Origin: a virus
DNA: 64,000 nt
IMG/VR virus record: IMGVR_UViG_3300032562_000005
Direction: 5' to 3' (one strand)
Shown in pieces: positions 38,321 through 47,914 of the stretch. The translations under genes were made by a program, and so were the position numbers. The notes beneath the pieces are model-generated. The model was given only the letters and a program-made list of their open reading frames with translations, searched no databases and had not been told where the DNA came from. Positions within the stretch are counted from its first letter, which is position 1. The number at the start of each line of letters is the position of its first letter.

Positions 38321-38691
38321 AGTAGCACTAGTATAGCAATAATTCCAATATAAGTCAAGTAATGTAGCCCTTGATCGGCGCCGTGTAATATCCAAAACTC
38401 TTTGTCGTTGGGTGTATAGTCTCGAGCAAGATTTGTTTTGACCCAATCAATATGATAATGGATGATGCCATCTAAAAATCCTAATATAACTGCTAACTCG
38501 ATAGATGGAATAGCTACAGCCAATACTAAAAAAGTTCCGGCGGTATGAAGTAACGCATGATGTCTACCGCCTTCTGCTCCGTATATTCCTTTTTCTGATA
38601 ACATATAAGGAAACTGTAGCCAGAAGTCACATATAAAATGTTTAATCCCAAATAGTGCTAATAAAATAATTGTTAGCGTTGTCATCACCAA
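38317..38691 (-). CDS. DUF3307-like membrane protein
   Basis: KHFICDF.LQ, H...H, HYHIDW.K, DQGLH. Confidence 0.75.
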   Translation of the reverse strand: MVMTTLTIILLALFGIKHFICDFWLQFPYMLSEKGIYGAEGGRHHALLHTAGTFLVLAVAIPSIELAVILGFLDGIIHYHIDWVKTNLARDYTPNDKEFWILHGADQGLHYLTYIGIIAILVLL

Positions 38692-39359
38692 CCTGCTTTC
38701 TTTAATAGTTCCTGTGCTTCGATACGATTAGCTGGGTCTTCTTTTAATTTCTTTTGCCAAATATCTGGATCGATATACGGCCATACCATACTTTGATGTT
38801 CGGTACTCATTTCAGATAAAAACTTTTGACCCGATTCACAGTTATATAGTACCCACGGACTAATACGGCCATTAACAATAGCGTTAGTTATAATATTGTG
38901 ATTGCCGTATCGCAAATAATCACAAGATGGCGCTCCTTTTTCTTCGGCCCACTTTATAGAATATTCTAGTGCTCTAGCTAAAGCATCTTCCATAGTTTCA
39001 ACTTTTAAGTAAAATAAAAGATATTCGCCATAGATACTATCTTTACACCAGTAGTCAATTTTTTTATTATTCTTTAAAACCCATTCTGTAAAACGAGCAG
39101 GATTGATAGCGCGAATACTAACGCAATACCAACCAAATTTTACAAAAGCTCTGTAGTACGGTGATTCAGCAAAGTCTTCGAATGTTTTTGTTTTAGCTGA
39201 GCCTTGTGTTATTTCGTAAAATTTTAAATATGCGTTGAAGCCTAAACGCACACCAGTTTCGTTTTGTTCTTGAATTCGTTTCTTTGGTTCGCAAACATGG
39301 ACCGCAAGAGTATTTTCGCGGGAGAAACTTTTCTTACAATAACGACAAGTATAGCTCAT
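38685..39359 (-). CDS. Zn-finger replication-block protein
   Basis: CRYC.K.F..E.TL..H.C; position among replication genes. Confidence 0.65.
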   Translation of the reverse strand: MSYTCRYCKKSFSRENTLAVHVCEPKKRIQEQNETGVRLGFNAYLKFYEITQGSAKTKTFEDFAESPYYRAFVKFGWYCVSIRAINPARFTEWVLKNNKKIDYWCKDSIYGEYLLFYLKVETMEDALARALEYSIKWAEEKGAPSCDYLRYGNHNIITNAIVNGRISPWVLYNCESGQKFLSEMSTEHQSMVWPYIDPDIWQKKLKEDPANRIEAQELLKKAGW

Positions 39360-39589
39360 TCGTTTTCTAGATTAATTACAAAATGTCTTTCAAGTTTTTC
39401 AGCTTTAATATAAGCAATACGGTCAACATTGTTGGTATAGCTTGCCCCAAATACTGGCAATAGTTTAGCAACTTCAAGGGCCGTAATATGTTTTACGGGT
39501 TTGTAAAACCATTTATCACCGTTGGTATCTGTAAAGAATATACCTTTAAATTCTGGAACTGCTGCTTCTTTTTTGAATGGCCAAATCAT
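39356..39589 (-). CDS. Hypothetical protein
   Basis: Coupled ORF. Confidence 0.55.
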   Translation of the reverse strand: MIWPFKKEAAVPEFKGIFFTDTNGDKWFYKPVKHITALEVAKLLPVFGASYTNNVDRIAYIKAEKLERHFVINLENE

Positions 39590-40041
39590 TTTTTCTTAGT
39601 CTCCTGTCCTAATAATTTTAAATATTCGTCTATATCTTTTTTAGTATTAATCATTGCCATGACTTCTATTTCATCATCTTTTAAATGCGGATATAGTTCT
39701 GCTAACTGCTTCTTAATGCTACCTGCGCCTGGTTCTTTTTTCTTTGGAGCTATCCAATTATGACGGAAAACTCCTAAATCTGGGCTTACTGTAGTTCCCA
39801 CGAGCCATTGTAAATTTGGATGTTTATTTAAGTTAAAGAAATGTTTATTATGACGCTCGTTAGTAGCAACAAGATAAAAATGTTGTAAATCGCTATTACC
39901 AACTACACTACTGTTCCATCGGATAAACGGAAATAGCGATTTACAACATTTTTTACGCTCTTCGTCAGTAAGGCTATCGTAAAAATCACGATTCTTTTTA
40001 TCGAATTGTGCCATTTCATTTGAAATATGTAACTTATCCAC
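39586..40041 (-). CDS. Possible clamp-loader small subunit (gp62-like)
   Basis: PFIRW.S...N...N...Q......H.WI..KK pattern; context. Confidence 0.5.
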   Translation of the reverse strand: MDKLHISNEMAQFDKKNRDFYDSLTDEERKKCCKSLFPFIRWNSSVVGNSDLQHFYLVATNERHNKHFFNLNKHPNLQWLVGTTVSPDLGVFRHNWIAPKKKEPGAGSIKKQLAELYPHLKDDEIEVMAMINTKKDIDEYLKLLGQETKKK

Positions 40042-40252
40042 GAGGTAATTTTCCTGCTATAACACTAATTTGATCCTTAATTCGCTTAATATCACGAACC
40101 AATTTATCTACAAGTTTGTACTGTGTATCTATACGAGCGTTTAATTCTTTAATGCTTACCTGAAGCGATTCGATAGTTTTTTGCTCGGGAGTTTTTGTAA
40201 CAGGTTTTACTGTGCCTGTGTCTATAGTATCTGACGTTTTATATTGGTCCAT
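40034..40252 (-). CDS. Small coiled-coil protein
   Basis: Heptad pattern. Confidence 0.6.
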   Translation of the reverse strand: MDQYKTSDTIDTGTVKPVTKTPEQKTIESLQVSIKELNARIDTQYKLVDKLVRDIKRIKDQISVIAGKLPRG

Positions 40253-40752
40253 TAGAATGCCTTATTATAATCTACTACTTCACAAGTGCGACTAATATCC
40301 TTAACAAAATAGACACACTCAGGTTCTTTACCTTCGCCTAACGGAACGCATAGCATCTGTCCGTTCTTTAATTTAGGCGCATACCAAGCTACATCTTGAT
40401 ACACATCTAGTATTTCTACATCAAGAAAACTTGGACGGAAACTTGTAATTGGGTTAAACTGAAACGCTTTAAATCCTCTATCGTTTAATGCTGACAATGG
40501 AATAACTTCCAAGTCGCCAAAATCTGGCTCGCCGATTAGTAGTTGCCAGTCTACCGGCATTCTAACTTTATGGTCGCCAATGCGTAATACTAGTGCTGGC
40601 GCATTAAAACTTTCAAGAAATATCAATGGAATATAATGATAATCTGGGTCTTGCGGATTACTATTATCTAAAATACTAAATCGCATATCATCAATTTCTT
40701 CTGGAAGATGATCTAAATCGTAAGGCTCGTTGTCTAATGTTAAAATGCGCAA
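40252..40752 (-). CDS. Hypothetical protein, TTG start
   Basis: MRILTLDN; beta-rich; AAGGA SD. Confidence 0.7.
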   Translation of the reverse strand: MRILTLDNEPYDLDHLPEEIDDMRFSILDNSNPQDPDYHYIPLIFLESFNAPALVLRIGDHKVRMPVDWQLLIGEPDFGDLEVIPLSALNDRGFKAFQFNPITSFRPSFLDVEILDVYQDVAWYAPKLKNGQMLCVPLGEGKEPECVYFVKDISRTCEVVDYNKAF

Positions 40753-40782
40753 GGTAAATAAGTCCTTAATAAATAAAATTAT

Positions 40783-41400
40783 ATGTATCTCAAAAACAAA
40801 TACACCATATGCTACTATAACATAGTCAACCGGGCTAAGTCAAGAGCTTCTACAAGGAAAGATGCCAAAAAGTTATTCGGTTATACTGAAAAACATCACA
40901 TCATTCCAAAAGCTCTTGGCGGAACTAACACCGTTGATAATTTAGTATATTTAACAGCTAGAGAACATTTTATATGTCATTTGCTATTAACTAAAATGGT
41001 TGACGGCAAAGCTCAACATCAAATGGTCAAGGCGGCTCATTTGATGACTATTGCTACTACTAAACATACCCGACATTCTTGTTCTTCCCGTATATTTGAG
41101 ATGCTTAAACGAGATGCTGCCACTGCTCATTCAAAACTAACTAAAGGTAAACCAAAACATACTAAGTCATCTAGAGAAATTCTTTCTCGCAAATCAATGG
41201 GCAGAGTATCTGGATTCAAAAATAAATCGCATACCGCAGAATCAAAAAAATTATTAGCTATTTCTCATATTAAAGCGTGTATTTCTCCGCTAGGTGAAAT
41301 ATTTAATAGTACTATCGAAGCAGCCAACGCATATAATTTATCTCCACCTGCATTACGAGGAAGAATTACTCGCGGAGTTAGTGGCTGGCGTTACCTGTAA
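40783..41400 (+). mobile_element. Free-standing HNH homing endonuclease, antisense to operon
   Basis: EKHHIIPKALGGTN..DNLVYLTAREHFICHLLL; NUMOD3-like HT..S repeats; C-terminal HTH. Confidence 0.88.
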
Positions 41401-42864
41401 TTATTTCCATTCCAGTTTCTCTTGTGTGAATGGGTAGTTTGCTTCTCTATAAAACTGTTTACGCTTGGTTAAATGTCGTCGTGCGAATTTACAGGTGCTG
41501 GTGACGTCCCAGATTTGGACGAAGTCTTTGTCTTCTGCTTTACGAATACCCCGACCAATCGATTGAATAACTCGCACAAAAGATTTACCAGGTTCAACAA
41601 GAACAAGATTAAAGATACGGGGTATATTAATACCAACAGCAGCAACACCGTAGGTAGCCACAATAACTTTTCCAGTGGCCGTTGCCACTTCCGCATATTC
41701 TTCATCTCGCTTGGTTCCTTTTGTTGCTCCGCTTACAAATACAGCTTTGTCGCCTAATCGTTCTACAATGGCGTGTCCTGCGGCTACACGATCCACTAAG
41801 ACTAATGTATTGCCTGTGGCATTAACTTTATCAACTAATTGCGCTATAGTATCAAGTCTATCAGGTTCTTCTAATAAGAACTTTAACTCACTTTGATAGT
41901 TTGAAAACTCTGCGTGGTCTACTAACTGTACAACGTTTACGTGACATTGTGCTAGGACACCGCGATCCTGTAGCTCACTAGCACTAAGTTGATTAATAAC
42001 AGGACCTAAACTACATTTTAATGCTTGAAATTCAAATGCTTCCTTAGGTACTGTACCAGTCAATCCCCAACGGATAGGTACCTTAGACATAATTGTTGTC
42101 AATAGTGTTTTAAGCGCATCTGCTTTGGCCATATGTACTTCATCGACCATAATACATACTACGCCTTCGATAAAATCTTGTATAGTAACTTCGGCGCCTG
42201 CTTTAGTATTCTTCATTAGAATGTTCAATGATTGCCAAGTACAAATAGTATGTGTCTTGCCCCATTCTTTTCTGTCGCCAAAGTAAACACCAACATCTAA
42301 TCCTAATCCGCGATAATCTTTTTCTGTTTGGGTTACCAAGCTCTTATTAGGGACAATTACGATAGTTCTGCCATGCTGTTCACAACGCTGACTCAATGCC
42401 GCTGTCATAATAGTCTTGCCAGCGCCAGTGGCAATTTCTTGTATGCTTTGCGGATTTTCTAAAAAGTTATTAATAATTTCTACTTGATAGTCGCGAAGTT
42501 TAATAGGTTGGCCTTCCATGGGATGGCCCTTGCCCCAATTGATATGAGCAAAAGTATCTTCGGTTACTCGCTCAAAATCAAAAGTAGTAGAATAATCACG
42601 AAGATCATCAAGCTCAACGTCATAGTTATAGTTTTCTAATATAGGAATAATTTCAGGTAGTAGGTTTGTATAAGTGCTACCGCCCATTTGAAAGTATGCT
42701 ACTTTGCCATCCCACCGACCAAGTCTAACCGCAGGTTGATATCTAGCCCCTGGCATTTCGTACTTAAAAGTATTAACCAATTTTTTACGGACATCAAGCT
42801 CGAGTCCTTCTATTTTGATATTAACTTCATCTTTAATTATAATTGTAGCAGTTCGCATTGTCAT
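41401..42864 (-). CDS. uvsW: UvsW-like SF2 helicase
   Basis: LRDYQ, ATGAGKT, DEVH, GLTGT, GINIP, QSIGRGIR. Confidence 0.93.
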   Translation of the reverse strand: MTMRTATIIIKDEVNIKIEGLELDVRKKLVNTFKYEMPGARYQPAVRLGRWDGKVAYFQMGGSTYTNLLPEIIPILENYNYDVELDDLRDYSTTFDFERVTEDTFAHINWGKGHPMEGQPIKLRDYQVEIINNFLENPQSIQEIATGAGKTIMTAALSQRCEQHGRTIVIVPNKSLVTQTEKDYRGLGLDVGVYFGDRKEWGKTHTICTWQSLNILMKNTKAGAEVTIQDFIEGVVCIMVDEVHMAKADALKTLLTTIMSKVPIRWGLTGTVPKEAFEFQALKCSLGPVINQLSASELQDRGVLAQCHVNVVQLVDHAEFSNYQSELKFLLEEPDRLDTIAQLVDKVNATGNTLVLVDRVAAGHAIVERLGDKAVFVSGATKGTKRDEEYAEVATATGKVIVATYGVAAVGINIPRIFNLVLVEPGKSFVRVIQSIGRGIRKAEDKDFVQIWDVTSTCKFARRHLTKRKQFYREANYPFTQEKLEWK

Positions 42865-42894
42865 TTATTATAGCATACTTAGTACGCAAAGAGC

Positions 42895-42951
42895 AAAAAA
42901 ACAGACACCGTTTTACGGGTGTCTGATAAAATGTACCGTTTTCACGGTACA
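42895..42951 (-). terminator. Two tandem hairpins; the distal one is an intrinsic terminator
   Basis: TGTACCGT-GAAA-ACGGTACA-TTTT then AGACACC..GGTGTCT-GTTTTTTT. Confidence 0.8.
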
Positions 42952-43023
42952 GGAGCTACTGTGAATACTTATTCGCCCTAGAGTGAATGGTAAAATTTCT
43001 GGATCACGAGTGTTAGATTCATA

Positions 43024-43311
43024 TTATCCTGCTAGCAATTCGTTAATGTTATCGCCAATTCTTTCACCCCACTCACAGTTAATTTCCCATGCTTCGTCCC
43101 ATTCTGGTGTGCCTTCGTCTGCTCCGATGAATCCTTCGATGGCTTCGGCAAACTCTGCTCCAAAATCCATAGCCCAGATCCACCCATCCGGGGCAAGGTT
43201 GTCTTCTAACAGTGAGCGAACTAGTGCTACGTTAGATGATCCATCAAAACAACTTTCAATTTCATCATCTGTAAGACTATCTAATGTTCGCTTTGGTTTC
43301 GGAAGTTTCAT
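43024..43311 (-). CDS. Acidic hypothetical protein
   Basis: D/E/W-rich. Confidence 0.6.
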   Translation of the reverse strand: MKLPKPKRTLDSLTDDEIESCFDGSSNVALVRSLLEDNLAPDGWIWAMDFGAEFAEAIEGFIGADEGTPEWDEAWEINCEWGERIGDNINELLAG

Positions 43312-43312
43312 A

Positions 43313-44359
43313 TTAATTGTTCTTCATACAAGTTGATACTGCCAATGCTTTCCAGTTAGACTCAGATACCTTAGTTAAGTCCGCTAATTTCAATGCCATA
43401 CGCAAAGACATCTCACGCAATTTATCTTGATTGGACTCCATGAACGCTAAGATTTCTTCGCCTTTTTCTGGACTAAAATCATAATCCTTAAACAACTGTC
43501 CTTGGCGGAAGATTTGCTTGATGCGTAAAAACTTATCTCGCATTGTATTGAGGGTCAAATCCAAAAAGTGACAACGAGATTGTAATGCTTCTAAGTGATC
43601 CTGCATCTTCTTACTCTTGATGTTATCAAACTTCAAGTTCGTAATAAAGATAGCACCACCTTTAAAGTCAAACATATCTGGTACACCTTCACGGCGCAAC
43701 ATTGCGCTATCTGAATTCCAGTGGATCTTCCGTTTCTTACCCGAATCCAATGCGGCCTTAAGAATGTTTAGCGCCAATTCATCTTGGAATACTGAGTCAC
43801 AGTCATCGAATACTAAGACGTTATTAGCGTCTGAGTGACGATAAAGTGTACAGTACAGACCAATTGGAGTCATAGCACCTTTAACTACTTCGTACTTAAT
43901 TTTCTTACCTGAGATTTTGTCAAACAGTCCTGACTTCTCAAGTTCAAATTCTACACCATAGGACTTACCTACGCCTGGGGGGCCAACTACAATCATCGCA
44001 CGAACATCGCCTGCGATAGTAGCACGAGTCATTTGATGTAGGATTTCGAATCGTTCTTCAATACGATTCATTACTTCTTCATCAGATTCTGCTGGCGTAA
44101 TTTCTTTCGCTTGAGCAATTTCTTTAAAAGTTGTCTGAGGAACATAAGGAGAATATTCGCCGTCGACAACAAATTCTACATCGTCGATTCCATTTATTTT
44201 AACACGAACATCGTCATACTCTGGACCAAAAAAGCCATCTGATTTTACTGTCACATAGCCTCCTTTGGCGCCTGTTTGAAAATCTTTTACTAAAGTGAAC
44301 GCAACATTTTGAACTGGCATATTGCGATACACACCATTTTTAATTAATACCTTTGCCAT
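43313..44359 (-). CDS. Early P-loop (AAA+-like) ATPase
   Basis: GPPGVGKS, LVFDDCD, FITN, ALQSR. Confidence 0.85.
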   Translation of the reverse strand: MAKVLIKNGVYRNMPVQNVAFTLVKDFQTGAKGGYVTVKSDGFFGPEYDDVRVKINGIDDVEFVVDGEYSPYVPQTTFKEIAQAKEITPAESDEEVMNRIEERFEILHQMTRATIAGDVRAMIVVGPPGVGKSYGVEFELEKSGLFDKISGKKIKYEVVKGAMTPIGLYCTLYRHSDANNVLVFDDCDSVFQDELALNILKAALDSGKKRKIHWNSDSAMLRREGVPDMFDFKGGAIFITNLKFDNIKSKKMQDHLEALQSRCHFLDLTLNTMRDKFLRIKQIFRQGQLFKDYDFSPEKGEEILAFMESNQDKLREMSLRMALKLADLTKVSESNWKALAVSTCMKNN

Positions 44360-44393
44360 ACTTTTAGCTCCTACTTTTATATTTTAAGTAACT

Positions 44394-44422
44394 ATTATAT
44401 TGTAAAAACAATTTATTGTCAA
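44394..44422 (-). promoter_or_regulatory. Consensus sigma70 promoter TTGACA-17-TATAAT
   Basis: Perfect match. Confidence 0.9.
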
Positions 44423-44590
44423 CTAAGCAGGATTGGTATAACGAATTACCACTTCTGCGGAGCCAAACATAGTTTTAACTGTTTGTTCAGCCATATAAGC
44501 TGAACTAGTGTTAATAGGCATAGTGCCTTCGCTTAAAACTTCACCACTACCTGGGCGATATACTGTGTAAGTTACATTATATACTGACAT
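44423..44590 (-). CDS. 55-aa early protein (MSVYNVTYTVYRPGSG...); absent from ORF track
   Basis: AAGGA SD; sits between two promoters. Confidence 0.65.
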   Translation of the reverse strand: MSVYNVTYTVYRPGSGEVLSEGTMPINTSSAYMAEQTVKTMFGSAEVVIRYTNPA

Positions 44591-44606
44591 ATTATTTCCT
44601 TTGCTT

Positions 44607-44707
44607 AATTGTTTACTATGTTAATAGTATAGCAAAATGGCAATTATTCGTCAACCTACAAAAAACCCCCTAAAAACGGGGGTCAAATGTGTTGTTTTAA
44701 TACAACG
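44607..44707 (-). repeat. About 100-bp regulatory module, copy 2 (palindrome + terminator + TTGACG-17-TATACT promoter)
   Basis: Alignable to 15347-15448. Confidence 0.8.
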
Positions 44708-44709
44708 AA

Positions 44710-45462
44710 TTACTGTGCGCCCAACCAAGTTAAACTCTTGTCTAGCCAAGGCAGGACTAAATCTTGCTGATGCAAATAGCCTCTTGCCAATACTGATTTA
44801 TCAGCAGAATCAGGTAATAGTTTAGCGTCAACTAAGTCGTACCAACGAACAGTTTTAGGATCAAAGGGAGCCGTTTCGCTTTTGTACACCACAACATATA
44901 ACCAATTATCAATAGGATCTCGTTTAAAAAATCCAGATTTACAATCCCACCCTGCTACCGCTAACATATGAATTAAGTTAACTAAAGTATAGTGATAGTA
45001 ACATCCATCCTGTTGACTAAAATCTAAATCTTTATGATGTATATTAGTTGTTTGTGGGATGGCCAAGGCTAACATAGCCCCAGGCGAAGTAATGTCTCGC
45101 CAATTGATTAATGTTTGAATTGGATTGAGCGCATATTGAAATGAATTATGACACCACAATACATCAAATTTATCAGGCGGTGGATAGATACTTGATTCAA
45201 AATCTACTTTCTGATAAGTGATATTGGTATATTGATGTGCCATTGGCAAACTCTCTACAATATCTATACCTTGACATTGTATATTGAGAGGTGAAGGTCT
45301 ATCTCCGCTTGTAGTTCTAGTGGCCCACCATTCTAAATCTCGACCAGTGCCACACCCAATATCAGCTAATGTCTTAATAGACATCATAAAATCTTCATAT
45401 TGGGCTAAGTGATTGAGAATCTGTAAACTATGTTGATGTGCTTCGTCTTCGTTTCTAAACAT
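44710..45462 (-). CDS. Class I SAM-dependent methyltransferase (start at MFRNEDE)
   Basis: ADIGCGTG, GIDI, FDVLWC, PGAML. Confidence 0.85.
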   Translation of the reverse strand: MFRNEDEAHQHSLQILNHLAQYEDFMMSIKTLADIGCGTGRDLEWWATRTTSGDRPSPLNIQCQGIDIVESLPMAHQYTNITYQKVDFESSIYPPPDKFDVLWCHNSFQYALNPIQTLINWRDITSPGAMLALAIPQTTNIHHKDLDFSQQDGCYYHYTLVNLIHMLAVAGWDCKSGFFKRDPIDNWLYVVVYKSETAPFDPKTVRWYDLVDAKLLPDSADKSVLARGYLHQQDLVLPWLDKSLTWLGAQ

Positions 45463-45463
45463 T

Positions 45464-45916
45464 TTATACCTGTATATCTTCCATTCCTGCTGCTCTGAGT
45501 CTAACAATATGACCTAACATAAAGTTTTTAGATTCCATAGCTTTCATAATACCGAGATAGCGATTGCGTAACAATGCTACTTCATTGATGAGTGTTTCGA
45601 AATCAATAACTTCGTCTTCACCATCTACATATTTTTCAGCATCGCGACTAGTTAACGCACGAGCATATCCTTCCAAATACTTTTGAAAATGCTTACGACG
45701 AATTTTGCGTAATTGTATATTAAGATAATTCAATACCGCTTCAATTTCTTGAAGCTGATTGAACCTGTGTTCAGTAATACCAGGTAAAGCAGTAATATTT
45801 TTTTCAATCAAACCACCTACCCGGCATTCCCGTTTAGCATCTTCGAGTTCAGTTTCATAGTGTGCAATAAAATCTGGTATCGCACCCAAATCGGCTGTTA
45901 CACGACTATACCACAT
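45464..45916 (-). CDS. uvsY: UvsY-like recombination mediator
   Basis: Helical; KYLEGYARAL..RDAEKYVDG, LRAAG; downstream of uvsX. Confidence 0.75.
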   Translation of the reverse strand: MWYSRVTADLGAIPDFIAHYETELEDAKRECRVGGLIEKNITALPGITEHRFNQLQEIEAVLNYLNIQLRKIRRKHFQKYLEGYARALTSRDAEKYVDGEDEVIDFETLINEVALLRNRYLGIMKAMESKNFMLGHIVRLRAAGMEDIQV

Positions 45917-46173
45917 TAATAGTCTTCGTTCTCGTTGTCATCGTATTCAAAGTCTTCCTCATCATCATCTTCATCATCTTGATGATCTTTAAGATAACTT
46001 GTAAGAGCTCGTTTAACTTCTGACTCAGATTTAAATGTATCTTTGATATCGTCCGCATCAATATCGTTATCAATTAGTACTGCTACTAATGTTTCTGCGG
46101 CTTCATCGCGATCCACTACGTTTACAAAACGCTTTAGTTCGTTATAAATTTCTTTTGCTAAATCTACTGACAT
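45916..46173 (-). CDS. Small acidic protein
   Basis: D/E-rich tail. Confidence 0.65.
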   Translation of the reverse strand: MSVDLAKEIYNELKRFVNVVDRDEAAETLVAVLIDNDIDADDIKDTFKSESEVKRALTSYLKDHQDDEDDDEEDFEYDDNENEDY

Positions 46174-46175
46174 TC

Positions 46176-47234
46176 TTATTCCTCCGTTACTGTGTCATCA
46201 GTACTTACTGTTTCTGCTGGTTTTCCGAAGTCTGCCATGATTTTATCCAAGCAACCATCTTCATTAGCTTCCCATTTTTTACGGAACTGTTTAATAACTT
46301 CGCCATCTGACGATACGAATACTAAACTGTTGCCTTCTTTCTTGAGCAAGCCACGCTTTTCAGCTAAGTCCACCATACCGCTGTACGGATTCATACCTGT
46401 TTCATAAGGAATCTTAATTTGCATTCCTTCAAAAGGTTTAGCATAACGAGTTTTCATTACTTTACACCCAGCACGAATACCCATAACATCGCTAATCTTG
46501 TTACCGTCTTCGTCTTCTTTGAGCTTCATTTTCTTCATAGCAACAACAATACTTGATGCGTAGATAAAGCCTTGTCCGCCTGAGATTTTATCATCTGGAT
46601 CGAACATATCTTGTGAAGCGTATGTATGGTTAGTACATACCATACCAACGTTAAAGCTACCAAAGAAGTTAACTGAGTTACGAACTAACGCTGTAAGTGC
46701 CTTAGGTTTACGACCCATGTCACCTTTCATATCGCCAGCTTCAAACTGATTAACGTCAGTTGGAGTCAACAACATACCCAATGAGTCAACTACAAACAAT
46801 ACCTTTGGACGCTCGCCGTCTGGTAATGTTTTGTAATCTTGCATAAAGGTTGAAATTGTTTTAGCCACGTCATCAATCATAGCCATGTTAAGTTTAAGCA
46901 ATTTGCTTTCACTTGTATCGACGCCTAGATTGTGTAACCATTTTTCATCTAGCGCATTTTCTGTATCAATTAATACTACGAAAATACCTTGGTCTTGTGC
47001 GTTCTTTACAATGTTACCAGAACAGATATAACTCTTACCTGCGCCCGATTCACCTGCGAATACTGTTACTTTACCCAAAGGAATTCCTCTGTTAAAGTCT
47101 CCTGAGATGAGATAGTTCAAAGCAAAATTGCCAGTACTAACCCAATCTGTTGGATCGTTAAATCCAATTGACATTCCGTCAATAGATTTTGTAATATCTT
47201 TCCTGAACTTACTGAAGTCGTAAGGTTTAGCCAT
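46176..47234 (-). CDS. uvsX: UvsX/RecA recombinase
   Basis: GESGAGKS, IDTENA, VVDSLG, TNH, SGG. Confidence 0.95.
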   Translation of the reverse strand: MAKPYDFSKFRKDITKSIDGMSIGFNDPTDWVSTGNFALNYLISGDFNRGIPLGKVTVFAGESGAGKSYICSGNIVKNAQDQGIFVVLIDTENALDEKWLHNLGVDTSESKLLKLNMAMIDDVAKTISTFMQDYKTLPDGERPKVLFVVDSLGMLLTPTDVNQFEAGDMKGDMGRKPKALTALVRNSVNFFGSFNVGMVCTNHTYASQDMFDPDDKISGGQGFIYASSIVVAMKKMKLKEDEDGNKISDVMGIRAGCKVMKTRYAKPFEGMQIKIPYETGMNPYSGMVDLAEKRGLLKKEGNSLVFVSSDGEVIKQFRKKWEANEDGCLDKIMADFGKPAETVSTDDTVTEE

Positions 47235-47236
47235 TT

Positions 47237-47914
47237 TTATTCCTTTTTAAATTTACAATTCTTGCTGTGCCAACGAGTGTAATTGCTTTTCATTATTGTA
47301 ATGCCGCAATGTTCACAAGTCAACCGGTTTTCAATTTTATTCACCCAATGATTGCCGCCCGATAATTGCGCTAATACTTCTTCACGATGCATAATATTTT
47401 TTTTGCCGTCCATGTATTCATGTCGTTTACCTGTATGACTTTTACTAATCTTAGCAGCATTTATTGGATCTTTATTTGGATGATTGTCGCCCGTTATTGT
47501 TGGTCGCTTTTGTCCTCTTTGCGGATGTTCTTTACCATCTAAGTTGTGGGTCCAGTGATTATCACCACGAATAGCATTTGCTACTAGTTGTGCCACTTCT
47601 GGATCTTTCATTGGATTTTTATCGCCTGTGATTACGATTATGCCATCATTGTTGTGTCGATTCCAACTTCTAGGATCGTGTCTTGCGTCAAACATTTGTA
47701 AGATTTCTGTTTCTAGATCTAATACATTTTTAACACTATCGATACTGATGACTTCTCGTTTCCACTCTTCTTTATTTTCTAAGATATGCTTTCTCAGTAA
47801 TTTAGCCGATGCGATATACCCATCATCTGGATGGCAGCCTTCGGCGGTTCTGGAACCCACATACCACTTTAAGGTCGGTATGTGAGTCCATTTATAGACA
47901 AAAGCTACGGTCAT
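47237..47914 (-). mobile_element. Free-standing GIY-YIG-like homing endonuclease
   Basis: FVYKW...WYVGSR...Y.AS, E, WNRHN; G.(K/N)(N/H) repeats; CEHCG...RWH..NC tail. Confidence 0.8.

Noticed and set aside
38321-38446. N-terminal extension of the DnaE-like ORF in the track
   Set aside because: Overlaps the DUF3307-like gene; the ATG at 38320 overlaps that gene's stop and directly precedes the first motif
40252-40752. Possible Hint/intein-like fold
   Set aside because: Only a vague beta-strand pattern; no N-terminal Cys/Ser or C-terminal His-Asn
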